Source of the DNA: Zancudomyces culisetae HAW-14-8
Lineage: Eukaryota; Fungi; Kickxellomycota
Assembly (NCBI GenBank): GCA_052426225.1
Contig: JBNJNM010000021.1
Coordinates: 496,001 to 560,000, forward strand
Length of the DNA: 64,000 nt
Reading direction: 5' to 3'
Shown here: piece by piece, positions 1 to 12,278 of the stretch
How positions within the stretch are numbered: position 1 is the first letter of the stretch
How the letters are laid out: every line of letters starts with the position of its first letter
Notes under the pieces: generated by a model
Seen by the model: the letters and a program-made list of their open reading frames with translations, nothing else
What the model was told of the DNA's origin: nothing
Databases searched by the model: none
Translations under genes and position numbers: made by a program

Positions 1-5
1 ACTAA

Positions 6-1079
6 TTAAGATAGTACATCTTCAATTTCTTGTGTTGTTAAAATCTTAAACTTGGGATTGTTGGCCGAGACAATGGCCATTTCAACCTCAGTTGGTTTGA
101 GGTAGGTGGCTAAGACCGAAGAAAGTGTATCCACTGCGGTCTCTATAGTTTGCTCTATTGTCAATTCGGGATCATCTTTAATTCGTTTTTCTAAAAAGTT
201 TATCGCTTCCTGCTGCTTTACGCCTGCTGCAGTTGCCTTATAGCCAACAAAATATCCTGCGGGATCGACTTTGTAGAGCTGGGGTCCCATTTCAATATCA
301 TAGCCGATTATAATTAGCGCTATAATTAAAAAAAGAAAAATTCGTTACATTTAACCATTTTAATAGAATAATATTAACAAAGTCCTTACAAACACCATAT
401 GGTCTCATAAATGCCTTTTGTGTATACACTTGGTTTACATTTGCCATTCTTTTGGCCAACAAGTCTGCTGAGATTTCGTATCCATACTTGTATCTGAAGT
501 CAGCCGCTTCACTCCTGGCTTTATCCACCTGAGCCCTTGAATCAGCTATTATAGTGTTTTTGTATTGATGTTAAAAAAAACGGCCTACAAACAAAAAATT
601 TGTGCTTACCTATTAGTCCTGTTGCAACACACCCAACAGTAGGTGTAATATTGAACATTCTCGTGACTGTTTCAGGTTCCACCAGCTTGTCCTAGATTTT
701 AATTGTAAAACACTCGTAAACATTCATTTTCTTTGGTAATTTATATATGTTATCCACAATCATGCTATTAGATACTGTTGAAATGGCCAAAATTGATTTA
801 TATCTCATTCTGTTAAATTAATTCATATCAAGATCGCTTACGGGTGTTTTTCTCTGCGTCAATATAACTACACTATCTTTTCCGCGTACTCCGACAGATG
901 TGATTGCATCTCTAGAAATTGCCTTGAAAGCATATTCTAATCATATTAAAGACAATTGTTAGAGCACCGATAATAGTCATAGAACGCTCATTTTACTCAC
1001 CTACTTGGTACAATCTCCCTTCAGGTGAGAAGATTGAAATCTGTCTATCATATCCTGCGCTTACGCTTCTGCCGCTCAT
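6..1079 (-). CDS. SCL1: 20S proteasome subunit alpha type-6 / alpha-1; exons ~1079-1001, 936-842, 691-610, 545-390, 319-6 (the C-terminus may instead splice out of the window)
   Basis: Spliced translation [33 protein letters not shown]...[28 protein letters not shown] carries the proteasome alpha N-terminal signature. GT-AG boundaries keep the frame. Confidence 0.95.
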
Positions 1080-3643
1080 TATATTTTATTTTGTGCTGTG
1101 TTGTCTTTTGTGACTTTTCGTGTATCGTGTGGAAATTTCGTCTTTTAGCTTTTGTCTTTTTTCTTTGGTGAAAAGTGAAATCAGACCTAATTTTGCTTTG
1201 GATTGTGTTCAAATGTGTAGCAGAAAATTGGTGTTTTGTTTATTTGCTTTATTTTGTTTTATTTTGCTTTATTTTTTTTGTGTGTGTGTGATTACGTACT
1301 ACTTTAATCTACCAAAAAAAATAAAAATGCAATAAAATGAAATGGGTGGAGTGGGGCTAAAATTGAAAAATAGCTGAATTTGAGTATCTCGATATTAAAC
1401 TAAACCCAACTATAGATCTACCAGCAAATAAAAGCATGTATAAAAAAAAAGACCCTATATAAAAATAGTTATATCTATAGAGTATTTTACCTCTAAAAGA
1501 CGAAGATTTAAAAAGCGCACATATTTACTCTTCGAGTGTATACCCCTGGCATTTGGCTTTACAATTATAGCATTAAAAAATCTCGCATTTTGTCATACTT
1601 TTGATAATTGCTGCTAACCAGTTTTGAGTAGAGCATAGCGTTTGGAGACGTGTAAATAGAAGACCTAGTCGCTAGATTTATGATTACGAACATGTGGTAG
1701 TCCCATCGCTAAGACATTGTGTTATTAAAAAGATTTTCTAAACATCTTGTAGTTTCGTAAAATATGGCAGTTAGTGAATGACATACATCTATGTAGCAAA
1801 GCATATATGAAACCTTTTTAATACTGGATCTAGGGACCCGTCTAGTATTTATTCACCTGGTAAATGATCCACCGAAAAATCATTTGGATACAAATACCCA
1901 TCTCCGTAATCTATATTTGTAAAAAAAAATTCTTGTGTTCTTTTGTACCTGTTGGTTTAGGGTAAAGGTATTATGGAATAGTTATACAAAAAAAATGGAT
2001 TTAGCCGTTACAACGCATCTTGATAACACTATTCGTTCGATGAAAAGAAAATGGGAGCAACCCCCGAAAAGAAAGCATAAAAACTGGGATCTGACAAGAG
2101 GTATTTACGCTCTTTCATAAAAACTACACAGATTCATGATGTATCACCTTACTCTGGTGTGATGTGGTAAAAAGAAAAGAGGAACCAACTTATACTCGCA
2201 GTAACATATTTTTTGATCTAACAAATGATATTTTATGTCTCCTGAAACTTTATCTATAAACGACTGGGCACATATGCATCTCAGAATTTTATTTTTATTT
2301 CCAAAAACCCACCATATTACCCGCTTTGCCTTTTGAACCGCCTCCCATTGTCATTTAGAACTTTTAACACACGCTTGGTTTTATATGGTTTTGTGATTTT
2401 CATTTTATTAATGCTATTGGAAAGTCTCATATTCAAACTTTGTTTTTGGTTTAATGGTTATTGGAAATAGATCTTTTTCATAAGATTTGGACACTATTGT
2501 TTAAACCTGACGGCATCCAATTTTTATAATTTTCTAAGACATGATGAGTTTAGTTTAAATAAGAAATGCCTGGTGGAAATCCTACAATACCTTTGAGATA
2601 CAGAGCTATATGCCTAGTTATCAATAAACCTAGACGACAGATGAGGGGTCTTTCTTTTTTGGACGTAGGTATAATCCTTCATTCGTTATTCCACCACTCT
2701 GTCCACACCTTCATTAGTGTATATTATAGTTCACACTTTTGTCGACACTGAGGAAGTGGTTATGGCTTAAAATCGATAGCAGTTCAAAATTAGCTGCTTT
2801 TTTTTCAAGGCAAGTCATCGATACCATTCAAACAAAGTCAGCGCCTCACTTAGAATGTATACAATTATAGAAACAGGAGATGCATTGTGACAAAAGCAGG
2901 AAAACGTGAATTTTTACTTTTGATATATACCGTAATTGATTCTTTATTTTTAACCAATTGTTATTTTTTTAGCTTTTTTTCGTTTCCACAAAACTTTTAC
3001 AAAACCTAAACAGCCTATGATTAAACATGGAAAAATCGCTAAATAGCTACACACGATTGTTTAACATTTTCACAATCGAAGTTTAGCAAAAAAAAAAAAA
3101 AACTATTACCTAAAGTCAATTCTTCTTGTCTTGTACTTAATAACCACTGGTGCAGAAAAACAAGACAACAAACGATTTATAATTTCAAAACATGAACAAA
3201 CCAAATGAAAAACTGATTCAGTTGTAACTTTTTGTCAAATTTAATAATATTTAATAATATCTAGTAACCTTGATAGCAGTTGGTAATACTTTGTAATACG
3301 TCAATGTTGATATTATTTATAGCAGGCCATGTGCTGACCCAGCTAGCTCTCGAAATGCTGTTACCATTATCCAAAAATAAGTTTTTCTATTTTAATAGCT
3401 AAATCTATATATACATTTATATTTTAATATTCAAACAAGCCGGGATTTTGAAAAGCGCCTCGGCCTATATAAACAGTACTGTCCACGCTCCCGAGGATAC
3501 TTTTCATCAACCACATCCGATCTACGTAATATAGTGTGAATATCTCCTTGAAAGAAAGAAACGGGAAAAAGAGCAAAGAAATTCCTATTTTTTGGTGTCA
3601 AGAATCATTTTACTTAGTGCATTGTCATAAACCCAACAAGAAA

Positions 3644-3847
3644 ATGGATAGAATAATAGAACAGAGTGGATTTGAACAGATGGATTATGATCCAATCCTC
3701 CGGGCTTATAGGGAAGAGGCTACAAAATTGGAGACATGGGAATTCGCGATCATTATTGTGATTCTTATAGCAACTGTTGTTGGTTGTTTTATGAGTCTGT
3801 CGTCAATGATGAAAAAACAGTGCAAGCAACAAGAAAAGGAAGACTGA
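3644..3847 (+). CDS. Putative 67-aa single-pass membrane microprotein
   Basis: aaaATGg start, one hydrophobic segment (FAIIIVILIATVVGCFMSL) followed by KK, TATATAAA at ~3466, and AATAAA right at the stop. No homology recognised. Confidence 0.45.
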   Translation: MDRIIEQSGFEQMDYDPILRAYREEATKLETWEFAIIIVILIATVVGCFMSLSSMMKKQCKQQEKED

Positions 3848-4867
3848 ATAAATTAAGAATATATTTTTCACTTTTATTCTAATACAAAGTGCCCGTTCTA
3901 GGCGATGTTAGCCATCAAACTTTGTGATTAATGGGTGTTTTATTTTTGACTATTTCAGGTTCTTTGTGATACCCTTTTTTTATTTGTAATATCATCCCTT
4001 AGTTAACTTGCCTGACATGGATATTTAGTAATAAAACAAAAAAAATTGAATTGTATCTCTAGTTTTTTGTTTGTTAGGTTGTGTGTATTTCTGCGTACAG
4101 CTTTAAAACAAAAGTATTAAATAAACGAAACTTTCAGTGAAGTAAAGAATGGGGAATAATGTAACATATGTCTTAGTCTATTCAGAGTATCCACCCATGT
4201 ATAACTCAAATCGCAAACTCGAAAAAAAAAGCTTAAAGTAAATGTTATTTCGGAAATTGTGATATGGAGACTGTGTGCTTTAGCTATCCACAACCCGACC
4301 CAGAAAGCGCTCCACATATGACTCATGTGTAGTCTTCACATACACAAGCCAAATACACCTCTGCTTTAAAAAGATACTTCATGCAAACAAATCAGGCCAA
4401 ATTTATTTTCATTGCTAAGGATAAACTATTTTGGTGAAACAGATAATGCTAGTGGTGCATTCCAAAATAAAAAAAGCCGTCAACCAGGATCCAAACTGGT
4501 TTTTTATTTTGTTTTTTTTAGTACAGAATTTTATGTAAACAAACGAACCAGGACCACAAAAAGTTTTGTGTACAGGATTCTGATAGACCATGTGCTCGGT
4601 GACAGTTTCAGGATATACACATCTGGATATTAGTTTTTTGCTTTGAACCCTTATCATTTTCATTTAATACACACTTAGCGAGCAATAAAAACCAGACAGG
4701 CTAGTCGTTACTGTGATGAAAATTTACAAAGGAATGGGCAAAAAGAGCGATGATGATGATAACTATAGCAATTAATTTGGCTTTATGTGAAACGTATACA
4801 GTGTATTTGCTATTACTGATACTCACAAAGATTAAGGACTACTGTGACCAACATTAAATCCATAATT

Positions 4868-6117
4868 TCACTTGCTGTCATGCTGAGACATTCGCAATCT
4901 TGCTAAGTATGCTTCTTCGCCCGTTTCAGCATTCAGAAGTTGTGCCTTATACCGATGATCATTGGTAGGATTATCATCAAATCTATCTTCTTTTGCACTA
5001 TGGCTACTAGCGTATTCAGAAATATGCACATTCCGGTTATTCTCGGCATCCGTACTGTAGTCACTCTCAGGGTCTATCCTACTATATCTCTTATCGCGTC
5101 TATAGGCCCCTCCACCTACACGAGAACCACTTGAGGAGTAGGATTTATCCGAATCGTAAGACTCACTTCGTGAACTTTGTGAGTAGCTAGAAGAGTAATC
5201 TCTATTCCTTCTCGCACCTCTTTTGTCCCGATTTTCTCTATGCTTCATGTATAAAATCAACTCACGTTTTCGTTTCTCATGCTCCCATTCCTTGTATTGT
5301 TGGTATGAGTTTGGTTTTGCAGGGTTATAAAGCTCATTCTCATCAAACTTTTCAGAAATGATTGAGCTCCGCTCTGTGGAGTATTTTTTTCCCTTTTGAG
5401 GGTGATTTGGGTTAAATCCCCTTTTGTTATCAATCGATGGAAGATATTCTGAAAGATTAAAAGATGTACGGGTTGGCTCTTTTCTGATCAAGGGCACTAT
5501 ATCGCTGACCTTTGTTTCAGCCGGCACTATATCTATATCTCGTTCTGTCCATAAAGCTGGTACAGTTTTTCCGCTGGCACCACCTGTTCTATATGAGGGC
5601 CTTACATCTTTGATTTCTGAATGTTTACTATTGCTGGATCTAAAGGAAGTGAGCTCCTCGACCGGTCTTTTAATCGCACCCGCGCCGTCTTGAGTATCTG
5701 GTTTATTGCCTGATGGGCCCGAATCACCGTTCTGAGTTATTTCCTCGTCATCTGATGCCAAAGGATTGTGTCTTGGATTTCCTACACTTTTTGTAGTAGC
5801 TCCAAGAAGAGGTTTGACCTTTTGTGGTCGCCTTATTATTGGCTTGAATAGTTGCGTACTCCATGTTTTTTTCCTCACATTTCCTTCGATTCCACTACCG
5901 CTTTTAGCGTTGGCAGTTGTCTCATCAGTGTTATCTTTTAGTTTTTTTTTAATTTTTAATCATTATTTTTTACTCAATCATTATATACCAGTTTTTTAAA
6001 GACACATATATGGTTAAATCCGAATATTAAATATCCTGCAATCTTACCATCTCCAAAAATGTCAATCGAATTTTTATCCTTTTTCGTAGGGGGTGGTAAT
6101 CCACTAAATATATCCAT
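4868..6117 (-). CDS. SPF45/RBM17-like N-terminal-region protein; exons 6117-6048 and 5934-4868
   Basis: Exon 1 (MDIFSGLPPP...) splices in frame to the long ORF. Motifs WSTQLFKPIIRRP, YNPAKPNSYQQYK and TGEEAYLARLRMS resemble fungal SPF45 motifs. There is an R/S/D-rich segment. Confidence 0.6.
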
Positions 6118-6382
6118 TTTTTGCTCTTTTTTATATTACTGTAGTATCATAATTTAATGTAAATATCCGTTGTTGGTTTGAAATAAAACCTAGAGTACAA
6201 GCTATTTTTGATATGTATGGCACACGCTTATTAAATATATATTAATAAAAATTACGCTTTTAACAGCCCAATATGTGCACAGAAATAATAGTCCTAAAGG
6301 TTTGGTTACTTCCTGTTGTACAGGTGCAAGTCATTGAAAGTTTACTGGTTATAGTTTAGCGTTTTTTTTTTTTGGAAAATTA

Positions 6383-6453
6383 CTCATCTCACCACAATAT
6401 TTTGCGCACAATACATTTTTCCTAAAATTGTATCATACCATGAAAAAATTTTT
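6383..6453. promoter_or_regulatory. RRPE-like (TGAAAAAATTTT, 6441-6452) and PAC-like (GAGATGAG on minus, 6383-6390) motifs in a divergent promoter
   Basis: Matches to yeast ribosome-biogenesis promoter motifs upstream of IMP3. Confidence 0.35.
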
Positions 6454-6594
6454 GCTTTTGAGGGAAATCAACAGAAATAAAAAAAATTTCCATATATATA
6501 CTTTTTGGCTTTAAAGCACTAAACTGATTTATCTGTAACAACAACGAAAGCTAAGCGATCAGCCAAAAATAACAGCAACTAATCGAGTGGAACA

Positions 6595-7487
6595 ATGGTA
6601 AGAAAACTAAAATATCACGAAAAAAAGCTTCTCCGAAAGGTTGACTTTTTAGAATGGAAAAACGAGCACAATGTTCGGGAAATTGAGGTTATGAGGAGGT
6701 ACCAGCTGGAAAAACGCGAGGAATATATAAAGTAAGTGGTGAAATCCTGAATATTTCGGTACATTTTACCTCCATACACATGCTTTTTTAATATAAATTT
6801 ATTCATTCTTACTCGTAAATCTTTTATTGAATATTTCTACAATCCAAAAATATTCATGGATTGATCAGGAAAAAATAAAGCAAAAAAATATGAACATAAT
6901 TTAACACATAATAGATATAATAAGGTTGTGGGACAGATTCAACACATAGGTCACAAGCTAAAGCTTCTTGATTCAAAGGACGAAATTCGGATCCAAAAGG
7001 AAACCGAGCTACTCGAAAAACTATACAACCTCGGCTTTATCAGCACAAAAAGTACATTTTCACAGATCGAAAAGATATCTGTTTCTTCGATTTGCAGACG
7101 TAGACTACCTGTTCTTATGTGCAAATTGAAAATGGTTGAAAATGTTCCAGAGGCAGTGAAATTTATCAGACAAGGACGTAAGTATTTTTAGCTTCAGGTT
7201 TGAAGAAAAGTGGTAACACATTATGTTTATAAAATTAGATGTTCGAGTTGGGCCACAGGTAGTGACAGATCCCGCATTTTTGGTTACTAGAAGTATGGAG
7301 GACTTTGTGACTTGGGTTGATAACTCTAAAATTAAAGTTAAAATCCTTAAGTACAACGACAAGGTAAGTTGCTTTTTGACTTTTTCTTTTCTTGTTAACT
7401 CACTGTTGACGATTCCATTTTTGTTTTCTTTATATTTACGTTGTGAATAATATGCAATAGCTCGACGATTACGATCTCATCAATTGA
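6595..7487 (+). CDS. IMP3: U3 snoRNP protein Imp3; exons 6595-6731, 6915-7177, 7239-7363, 7461-7487
   Basis: [22 protein letters not shown]...CRRRLPV...[33 protein letters not shown]...LDDYDLIN*. Canonical splice sites. Confidence 0.97.
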
Positions 7488-10400
7488 TCTTTCTATTTGG
7501 AGTGTGCTGACAAGGCCAGTTTGTGCGCAATCAAAACCGCTGTCTAATGTAATATGTTTATACCTACACTCTACCTCTTCAGATCAGTGTTTGTCTTTCC
7601 TTAGAATCGACTTGTTTTTCCATACTATGGCTTTCTATTTGTTTTTGAACTCTACACTTCACCAAGCCTTTCTAAAATTCCTAGTCTAGAACACTGTTAT
7701 TTTCTCTATCATATGTGTACAGTTTTATGTTTATGAAAAATCACTCTACCAGTTATGTCATATACCGGCCACTAAACACGCTAAAACATCTCGATCATAT
7801 TGATCCTCAAATATGATTACTATAAGTGTGTTTTGTTGAGCTATACATAGCTAATATATGTGGTGTTTTTTACGGTCGTTGCTGTGCCATGCAATATTAC
7901 TAACTACAATGTCCCTACCGTTTATTCTTGGTATCTCAGTTTCATATTCTAGAACTTAGTTTGATAAAAGTACATCATAGCTTAGTATCTTAATTTACAT
8001 TTGAGCATCCGGAATCTGAAGGTTAGGGAAATACGCCACCCTTTTCTATGTGACAGCCAATCACTTAATCAGAAAAATTATCATAATTACTAAAGCAATC
8101 AAATTGCGTTCCGATTTTACCATCGATGCTATGCATCTTTGTAAGCGTTCCCACTGGTTCTTTATTTCCAATTGCTGTTTTGTTTTATCGCAATTTTTTA
8201 TTGTGTATGTTCTATTTAAGCTCTTAAACGCGAGAAATCAACTTTTTTGCAGAGGAGGAAGGGAGGTGTGGATGTAATTTCATTTGACTGACAGTCTTTT
8301 TACTTTTTTTTTTGCTTAAATGAATTTATTATATAAATATCACAATAATAAAAAATATGTATTCTTATGTCAACAGTATACTTTAAGGTTAATCAGGGGT
8401 GGGGGGTAGCAATTGGAAGCCTGGTAAATTAGCAAATTCCAGTTACATCCGCTTTTGTTTTCATTTACTGGTACATACTTTTTTCTGAGAATTTACAAAA
8501 TACAATAGATATAGTTCCCAATTCAAATAATATGTGATTTACATAGGAAGTTATTGAATTAAACTATAACATTTCTTGTGTAATTGCAATAAAAACATAG
8601 CGTATACTCTTGTTTGGGCTAGTACATGATTAGATTTACAATTTTGTTGGTTTGAGGTAAAGGTAATAGTAATTGTCGTAAACTCAACTATGGGATTATG
8701 CCTACACAAAGATTTATCGTCTGAACGGATTTGTTGAGAGATATCTATTACTTAGCACGCGCACAAAGCGCAGAAAATAAAATTTTGCGTCTTATCTAAT
8801 ACAGGTGTTTGTCCAAGTATACTCGAAAAGAGCCTTTATATACAATATAAAACTGTGCCAAATTCAAGTTTATTTCTTTGTAGAATGTATCAATAGATAT
8901 GGCTAAAAGAAGTGGAGGTGTTGTAGGTTATGTTTAGCAGTGCACCTGCACCCCCGAATGTCTACTCTTCCAGATGCAGTCCAAAAACAAAGTATCCACC
9001 AACGCTTTGCAGGTATGGTCAGTATGTAATTTAACATACGCATGTTATTGGTTTATTCGTTGGAGTCCAATGGTAATATATATATTTAATTAATTGATTA
9101 ATTAATTAGATTGGTCATATATAACGATTTCATGTCATAAAACACCAGATTTACTGGGTTCATGTTAATAGCACTGAAGTTCTTTTTGCGCGAAATCAGA
9201 TATTTGCTGACCATAGTGATCAAGTATATCAGCAATATATTGTATTTTGATTTAATGTTTATAGAGAATTAGCTAAACTATATTAAACTTTGATTCTCAA
9301 GCGCCTTATAACCATATATTCACTTACTCAACAAGCTTTTCATTGAACTAAGGTATAAAATGAACCATTTTGCTTGTTTAATTAATTAAAGCGTTTAATT
9401 GTTTTTGATCGTAGAAAACAAATTAAAAGCAACAAACTGCGCTACGTAAAGTGAGTTGTGGATCATCGCTACTTTGGGTGTTGTTAAAATTATTTTTGTA
9501 GGTTCTGGATCATAAATTCTTTAGTGTGATATAAAAACGTGTGCTGATACATGTGACTTCATGCCAACTTGCTTAAACGGTGTTGGAGCAAAAGTTTTCC
9601 CTGTTCCGCCTGTAAAGTGGTGAAAAATCTTTGGTCATTGATTCGTCTTCCAATTCTAATCCAATTACATAAATGGGCTTTGTTAAAATAATTGCATTAA
9701 TATATCTTTTATGAAGATATATTACATTTGGACTTGCGTTTTATTGGTGTTTTTTTGTTAAATAAATTAAAAAATTGGCAAGATTCTAGCCCGATTTATG
9801 GAATTATCATGACCTTTTAGTCCTCCCTTACTTGAATTGGAACTGATTAGTGGTTGGTAATAAATTCGAACAAAGTATAAAGTGGTTTTGCTCTGAGAGG
9901 TGAGTATTGATACGCTCAGCTTTCCTATCCACGCGACTATTTTTTACGAACCAACCCACCCCCCCTCCCCCATGTTATACTCCCATCTCACACTTGCGGC
10001 GCAACTCAAATGGACAAAGTAGCTTTTAAATACTAAATTGCCTAATATATTTGACCCTGTTAAAGCCAAAGCTGTGCGTATGGGTTTACATTTGGCGTTT
10101 GTACATTTGTCGATATTTGTACCTGGTAATGCCGTTTCTCCGGCTTCTGTAAGTTACTTCCTTTTAAAAGCAAAACAAATGCACTATTTTAGTTAATATG
10201 TCATATCAAAAGTATTTGTAGGCGTTACAACCCCCCTCCTCAAAATAGTTGCTTTTCCTTCAAAATCGCACCATCTCTTTTCTTTTTTGCGTTCAACTTT
10301 TTCTATTTCCTCACTGTTAAACAAACGAGCCTCAGCTATAAAAAGTAAACGGCATTTGAATTTATGGCCTTCTCCTGGTTACAGATGTTTTAAAAAAACA

Positions 10401-11951
10401 TAGTTACTTAGATGAAAAGATTCGGTTTAATTTTCATGTACACCAAAAATAGTAGCATCCATCATATGTAGTAAAAGGCTTCTTTGAGCCTGAGTTTGAA
10501 TGCACAATTTGCAACATGGTCTCACCAACACACTTCCCAAGATGCAGAGTTAACAAGTGTTTTTGAAATGTTTTTGCCTTTGAAACACCGTTCAAACAAA
10601 ATTCTTGTACTACGATACCAATAACTTTAAATCTCAGCTATTAGCTGACACTTACAACAGCTAAGAGGAATATCTACTCAAAAAACTCAGTGAACTATTA
10701 ATGCTTGGTGTTTATCCAATTTCAAAAAATAAATTATTTCTCGCTTATTTTTGTATTTGCAGTTTGTTTAGCATCAGGCATAATGTTGGTGCTTTTTCGG
10801 CCAAAGAGTAATAAAGAAAATTCGCCAAAACATCAGGCGAACATGTAGATGGAATAGTAATACAATGAAAAGGCAGAATTCAACGTGCTAGTGTTAGCCC
10901 ATCTAAAAGAAAATTCCAAGAGTTTTTGTGTTTGCTCTACAATTTTATTATTTAGGAAAAAGGCAATGAATCATTTGCCATGGTACGTGTTAGCGAGTTT
11001 TAGATTTGCAATAATAAAAACGTTTTTCTCTCTGATCCCAGTGTCCCAAATGGAAAATAAACATCGGGAAAAGTGCGAATTTATGCTAAATTTGCACTGC
11101 TTATTACTACAATACAGCTAAAAGACCAATGGTTAAATATTTGTCATATTACTACCAATATCACGATTTCTATTAGCCATTTAATATTATTGGAATGCTT
11201 TTTATCATGTCACAAATTTGAATTAATATACTTTGCATCGTTTCTAGTCGCCATGTAATTGCGCAGATTTTTAGAAAACAGACCAAATTAAAGTTTTAGC
11301 ATTTTTCTCAAAAAAAAATTTTTTTTCCTAACACATGTTATTTTCAATACACATATGATGCTAATATCCATTATTCTGCTAATTCTCAAACCACAATCAG
11401 CCAATATTTACCTGAGTGCAATTGCCCTAAACTATTGGCATAAATATTCCTGTCCCACAAACACATATATCTTCATATATTTGAGATCCTTTAGGCGGGT
11501 GGGGAGTTTTTTTTTTGGCAAATACTGCGAAGATTCCTAGGAAAATCTCGAGTTTAAACGTCTAATGTTAAAGTCTAAGAGCGATCATTTATCTGCACTT
11601 TGTTCTCGCAAATACCAGAGGCTAACAAAGCAATGACTCTTATACATGAGTAATACCATTTCCCAATCACAACTTTCGGAAATAGGTGCATTTTTTCTGA
11701 ATAGTCATCTATTATGGTGTATTTTTTTTTAAGCAGCATCATCCTTGATCTAGTATAAATACCTGACCAAATTCCTAGCTCGAGGCGAGGATAAGAAAAG
11801 AAAAAGCCTGTGTTTTAAAAAGTCACTTGTTGTCCCTTGGGTCCAAGCTTCTGAACACTTATCCTGCTTGCTAATTTTACACATAAAATCAAGTTCTAAC
11901 ACACAAACACACCGCCGGTGGATCACGGAAAAATATATAAAAGATAAGATC

Positions 11952-12278
11952 ATGGATACAAACTGGTGCTTTTACTGCGGAAGACATATACATCACTCCG
12001 ACTCAGCTTTGTACTGTAGTGATAACTGCAGAACTTTAGACAGTTTTGACAACACGGATGTATTGGAGGACTTCATGGTTAACCTTTCTGCCCTGGAGAA
12101 GAGCAACTCGAAGAATAAAGTGGCAAACATCGAGATGTTTGAATCTCCCTTGCTATCGGACATCTATAGGTTTAGTCCTATTGTTATACCCCCCAGAGTT
12201 CCATGCCGCATGTCGCCCTACTCTCCACCAACGTTTTTTGACACCACTCGGCTAAAGTCTAGCAGAGTACACGTTTGA
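11952..12278 (+). CDS. Ecl1-family (chronological lifespan) zinc-binding small protein
   Basis: N-terminal WCxxCxRxI...LYCSxxCRxxD motif typical of Ecl1/2/3, followed by an S/P-rich tail. Confidence 0.75.
   Translation: MDTNWCFYCGRHIHHSDSALYCSDNCRTLDSFDNTDVLEDFMVNLSALEKSNSKNKVANIEMFESPLLSDIYRFSPIVIPPRVPCRMSPYSPPTFFDTTRLKSSRVHV

Noticed and set aside
1935-2120. Exon-like segment (ttag|...|gtattt) and other short intergenic ORFs such as 36100-36366 and 45732-46199
   Set aside because: No coherent spliced gene, recognisable motif or coding-like composition.
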